Shown piece after piece: positions 59,951-64,000 of a stretch of DNA of 64,000 nucleotides. Position 1 is the first letter of the stretch; each line of letters opens with the position of its first letter. The DNA comes from Monocercomonoides exilis PA203. Lineage: Eukaryota; Protista; Preaxostyla. The stretch spans positions 930,001 to 994,000 of the forward strand of contig LSRY02000007.1 of assembly GCA_001643675.2 (NCBI GenBank). The letters are read 5' to 3'. Position numbers and translations under genes: made by a program. The notes under the pieces are model-generated. The model saw only the letters and a program-made list of their open reading frames with translations, was not told the DNA's origin and ran no database searches.

Positions 59951-60318
59951 TGTTGATGACTCTTGATAAACTTTCAAGAAAATAAATGAAATGTTTCACT
60001 CCAAATATATGAAAAATTTTATTTTTTAAAATATTTATTTTTCAAAAAATTAAAAATCGAATTCATTCAAAAACTCAATATTTTTATTTTTTGAATAATT
60101 CTTATAAATTCTAAAAATATTTTGAAATTACAAAAATAAAATATTCAATAAAACTTTCAAATTTCATTTAACAAACATCTTCTTTGAAAAAAATCCCAAT
60201 CAAAAACAAAAAACTGTTTACTAAACTTCACTTAGCGTTTGAAATTTGTATAAAAAATATAAAATACAAAAACTATCAAACTCTAATGATTTCTGTTTTG
60301 TAATGAAATAAAGTTTGT

Positions 60319-63300
60319 TCATTCTTCCATCCAAGGTTCTTGACTGTCAAAAGGAATGCGAAATTCATTTGTGGTTGTTGCTGTCATTGAATTCATCGTA
60401 TTTAGTGAATAATCAGATTTGTAGATCAATGGCTCAGTTTCGCTGAGTTGAGTTTTCAGAGTTTTGATCTTTTTTGTGTAGAATATAACGATTGTTAAAG
60501 TTAAAGCAACTAATAACACACAAACGCCTGCGATCAAAATTATTGCCCACAAGGGCATTTTCGTATCAGATTTTTGCTTATTAGAAATGTATGGCACGAA
60601 TATCTGAATGCGTTCTTGCTGTTCCTCTGTCTTCCAATACAATAGTGTGACTGAAAGTGAAGTGCCTTTATCCATATCATCCAAAATTTGCATAGAAATC
60701 ACTCCTTCAGCATATGTTTCATTAACATGCTTTGAAAACTCATAAACCTGATTATGAATATAGCCATTTGAAGTGTAGTTAACTTCAAATGTCAAATTAC
60801 ATGCAATTAATTTCTCACCTGAAAAGAAAAAAGTTGGAGTATTGTCAGTTATTTCAAAACCAACCGAATTTAAGGTTGGCTTGAACAAAAGAGGAAACTC
60901 ATCTTTGATTGCTGATCCGCCAACAGTGCAGTTTTCACGCTGCATCCAAAGAGAGGAGCCTGTTTCCACACCATCACCACTCTTTAACTTCTCCACAGAA
61001 AGATCACTATCAATGCAACGGATATTGTGCAAAGCAGAAGGGAAACCTTCAAACTTTGGTGAATTAAGACTAAAAGAGCAGTCATCAATAATCGTATTCG
61101 TTTCAAGAATGTACAGTCCCCCAACAGAACATGTTTGGAAAGATACATTTGTTAGCTTCAGATTTTGCGAATAAGATGCAAATATTGCTCCAGTTTTCCA
61201 CTTACAAGGAGTGGGCGGGTCTCCATTGAATATCTTTTTTGAATGCTTTGAGAATGAGTTTGAAAGAATGTCGTAGGTTAACAGTGACATGGAAGGAGAA
61301 ACGAGATATCCGTCTGAATTACTCAAAGATAATTTCCCCATGTAATCTGTTTCATAATTATCAACGGTTCGATGCTGAATACCCGAAAATTCACATTGAT
61401 CAAATGTTATAGAACAATTTTCAACATTGACAGCACAGCCGAGGCAGAAGCTAACGAGACACTCCTTCATGACCATATCAATAATTCGTATAGGATTTTT
61501 AAGTTTTTGCAAAATAACAAGCCCTTCGGAATGAGGTCCAGCATCAATTTTATTGAAGGAAAACGAAGTCAAGTCAATGCTGCTTTCATTTTCATTCGTA
61601 GGATCAGCTTGCTCACTCGATTCTGGACTATCACCCGAAAAACTTGAAGAAGAATAAGGATTAACAATTTTCAGCACAACTCCATCATTCAGTTTGACAT
61701 TGGTAACTTCAAAATGATCAATAATTAGTTTTTTATGTTCGACAGGATCGTATTCAAAACGAACGATTTTTATCATATCCGTCTTTGTTAACGTCGTTTT
61801 TTGATTAACCTCAAATATACGAGTGGATGTTAGATTAACATTCACAATTATGTCAACTGTCATTAGTTCTCTTTCCAAATCGAGATGGTGGATCTGAGTA
61901 TTGATTGCTACTAGTTTTCCTCTTTCTATGCTAATTAAAATAGGAGATATTGCTACGTTACCACCTTCCTCGGATTTGAACCCACATGAATCAAAACTAA
62001 GATTTCCATCCTTCATGTGAATAAATATTTCATGAATCGTTTCAAACTGTGATGTGAACGAGAAGGCTAACCGTTGCATCTGTGACATTTCAGCACATTC
62101 AATAACAGCTTGATTAACAGAAGCCGATAAAATTGAGCTATTAATAAGCACCTTTGCAGTTGAGCCAATCACTTGTTGAGATAGACCAGAATTTGTCAGT
62201 CGGATGTCGCTGATGAGAGTAGTTCTATCGATAACGAACAGAATTCCATATTGTGTGAAAGAGAGATGACTTACACCTTTTGCGAGAGAATAGCATGGAT
62301 TTGACTGCTCACCACAAGTGGGAGTATCCTTGCTGGAATCTGAAACATAAACATTTGTAAAGCGAGTTGAAGCATACACCTTTATAACATCAATAAAATT
62401 CGTATCTCCCTCACTCATAGCTGCAATTGCTTCATGCTCTTTGATTTTTGAGGTATCAAGATGAAAAAGAATATCGTTCAGTTGAGTATTTTCGTCCTTA
62501 CAATATAAAAATGCCAATGGTCCTACATTTGCCCTATTCGAAGAGCTTTGAACGAGGTTGAATGTTATTGAGGCTAACTTTGATATGGAAGCGCCATGCA
62601 ACGAAATATCAATATACACAGCTCCTCCTTTACCATAATTCGCACAGAAGCAATTTGTAAAATTTGTTTCAATAAAAAAGCATCCCAGAACATCGTCAGC
62701 CACTGTACAAATAACACCACCTTTAGCTGATTTCTCATTTCCACAATCAGAAAAAGAACAATTGGTAAAACACATTCCCACAGAACTTTTAGTTGTTTTC
62801 AATTCGCTGAGATCTGAAACAAGTGCCGCTGCATGATCTGAAGTACCAGCATCCGTACGCTGAAGTTTTACTACACGAGTTGCTTCAAGATGAATAGAGC
62901 CAGTTTGATCGGAGCGAGCATAAAAAGAAGCTCCTTCAAAAGTTAGGTGAGATATATCACATGAATAAAGTTCAACTTCAGCTTCACTACCAGTAACAAA
63001 AAGAGGTCGTGAAATTGAAAATTTTGAATTTGAACTCGAGTGCGAAAAGAAACTGGATTCAAATATTGTGGGATACTCTGTTGTGAAAAGAATATTAAAC
63101 AGCATTAACGATATCTGAGGCTTTGATTCTATCACTTCAAAAAGAGTCATCGAGGTACTTTCACACGACGATTCATTTATAAAAAATGTGATGTCACGAA
63201 TTTGTGTTGTGATTTTATCTGCAATCACGAAGAGTGAAGAGGATGACTGATAATCAGATATAATTCCTTGCGTTGTATCAATAACAGTTCTAGTTTTTTC

Positions 63301-64000
63301 CTTGCCATAAATAACTACGTTCGAATGTTGTAGCACAATTGAGTGAGTTTCCTTTGTCAGCACATCTGCAATTATTTGAAACGTTGATTGAATTAACGGA
63401 AACTTTTGCTGAACAGCAAAATAAATGGTTTCGCAAGGTTCCGCACCTAGAGACCCGCAAGTATCATCATTATCTTCACCATCAGTTCCCGCAATTGTTC
63501 GTCTTTGGACTCTGGTAAGAGTGTAACTTATATCATCCATTTTCGAATCAGCTTTGACGAGAATAGCTGATTGTTGACGGCAGCTCGTGAAACAGTGCAA
63601 AAATATATTTTCAGGTTCACGGATAATACCATGAGAATCAACAATCATTATATCAGAAGCAACATCGACTTCAATTTTCATGATAATATTAAGCTCAAAA
63701 TTACAATCAATAAACAGAGGTGAATTAGCGTTCTTTAAATGACCATATCCACATGCCCAATAGCCTCCACTAGCAGAATCTGAACGGCACTGAATAAAGT
63801 CACATTCTGATGCAACAGGTTGTTGACTTGAATTTGCATTATCAACATAACACCCGCCTCCGGATCCTTTCACAGACCTTGCGCAATGACATGAGTCAAA
63901 TACACAACTAGTCATAAGGTAAAATCGTGGATCATTAGAGTTTGAAGAAGTGAAAGAATGTTCCATTTCAATAGAATCTCCATGAACATTTCCAATATAT
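60319..64000 (-). CDS. Type I membrane beta-helix repeat protein, 5'-partial, paralogue of the 4081-aa protein but with a short tail and no kinase remnant
   Basis: Two CG-xxxx-PC modules, GGxxY motifs, shared juxtamembrane domain (FPSALHNIRC..LKSGDG..SSLWM) and TM LWAIILIAGVCVLLVALTLTIVIFY. The frame stays open to the window edge. Confidence 0.85.
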   Translation of the reverse strand, partial: YIGNVHGDSIEMEHSFTSSNSNDPRFYLMTSCVFDSCHCARSVKGSGGGCYVDNANSSQQPVASECDFIQCRSDSASGGYWACGYGHLKNANSPLFIDCNFELNIIMKIEVDVASDIMIVDSHGIIREPENIFLHCFTSCRQQSAILVKADSKMDDISYTLTRVQRRTIAGTDGEDNDDTCGSLGAEPCETIYFAVQQKFPLIQSTFQIIADVLTKETHSIVLQHSNVVIYGKEKTRTVIDTTQGIISDYQSSSSLFVIADKITTQIRDITFFINESSCESTSMTLFEVIESKPQISLMLFNILFTTEYPTIFESSFFSHSSSNSKFSISRPLFVTGSEAEVELYSCDISHLTFEGASFYARSDQTGSIHLEATRVVKLQRTDAGTSDHAAALVSDLSELKTTKSSVGMCFTNCSFSDCGNEKSAKGGVICTVADDVLGCFFIETNFTNCFCANYGKGGAVYIDISLHGASISKLASITFNLVQSSSNRANVGPLAFLYCKDENTQLNDILFHLDTSKIKEHEAIAAMSEGDTNFIDVIKVYASTRFTNVYVSDSSKDTPTCGEQSNPCYSLAKGVSHLSFTQYGILFVIDRTTLISDIRLTNSGLSQQVIGSTAKVLINSSILSASVNQAVIECAEMSQMQRLAFSFTSQFETIHEIFIHMKDGNLSFDSCGFKSEEGGNVAISPILISIERGKLVAINTQIHHLDLERELMTVDIIVNVNLTSTRIFEVNQKTTLTKTDMIKIVRFEYDPVEHKKLIIDHFEVTNVKLNDGVVLKIVNPYSSSSFSGDSPESSEQADPTNENESSIDLTSFSFNKIDAGPHSEGLVILQKLKNPIRIIDMVMKECLVSFCLGCAVNVENCSITFDQCEFSGIQHRTVDNYETDYMGKLSLSNSDGYLVSPSMSLLTYDILSNSFSKHSKKIFNGDPPTPCKWKTGAIFASYSQNLKLTNVSFQTCSVGGLYILETNTIIDDCSFSLNSPKFEGFPSALHNIRCIDSDLSVEKLKSGDGVETGSSLWMQRENCTVGGSAIKDEFPLLFKPTLNSVGFEITDNTPTFFFSGEKLIACNLTFEVNYTSNGYIHNQVYEFSKHVNETYAEGVISMQILDDMDKGTSLSVTLLYWKTEEQQERIQIFVPYISNKQKSDTKMPLWAIILIAGVCVLLVALTLTIVIFYTKKIKTLKTQLSETEPLIYKSDYSLNTMNSMTATTTNEFRIPFDSQEPWMEE

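Overview
This is AT-rich eukaryotic genomic DNA with short (about 40-150 nt) GT-AG introns, read in the standard genetic code. The giant beta-helix surface proteins and poly-Ser/Glu expansions suggest the oxymonad Monocercomonoides, but that is an inference. In order, the window holds: a decayed pseudogene region (1-5.2 kb) with a (GATGAA)n array and AbpF-like fragments; a possible Vta1-like gene; CNOT11; a small 2-TM protein; a 4081-aa intronless receptor-like protein with a kinase remnant; a membrane-anchored thioredoxin/PDI gene whose active site appears to be built from 4-nt and 17-nt microexons, head-to-head with a TVP15-like gene; an EDRF1 homologue inflated to about 3,900 aa and split by one frameshift; a 2xRRM/RGG protein; HMG-CoA synthase; a dead pogo-type DDE transposase beside a ~380-bp-arm inverted repeat; an LRR/charged-helix protein with repeated PxWRxRExEKK motifs; a Y-family (eta/iota-like) polymerase lacking its catalytic acids but keeping PIP- and UBZ-like motifs; and a second, partial beta-helix membrane protein. 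Family calls rest on motif recall and manual splicing; no database searches were run.
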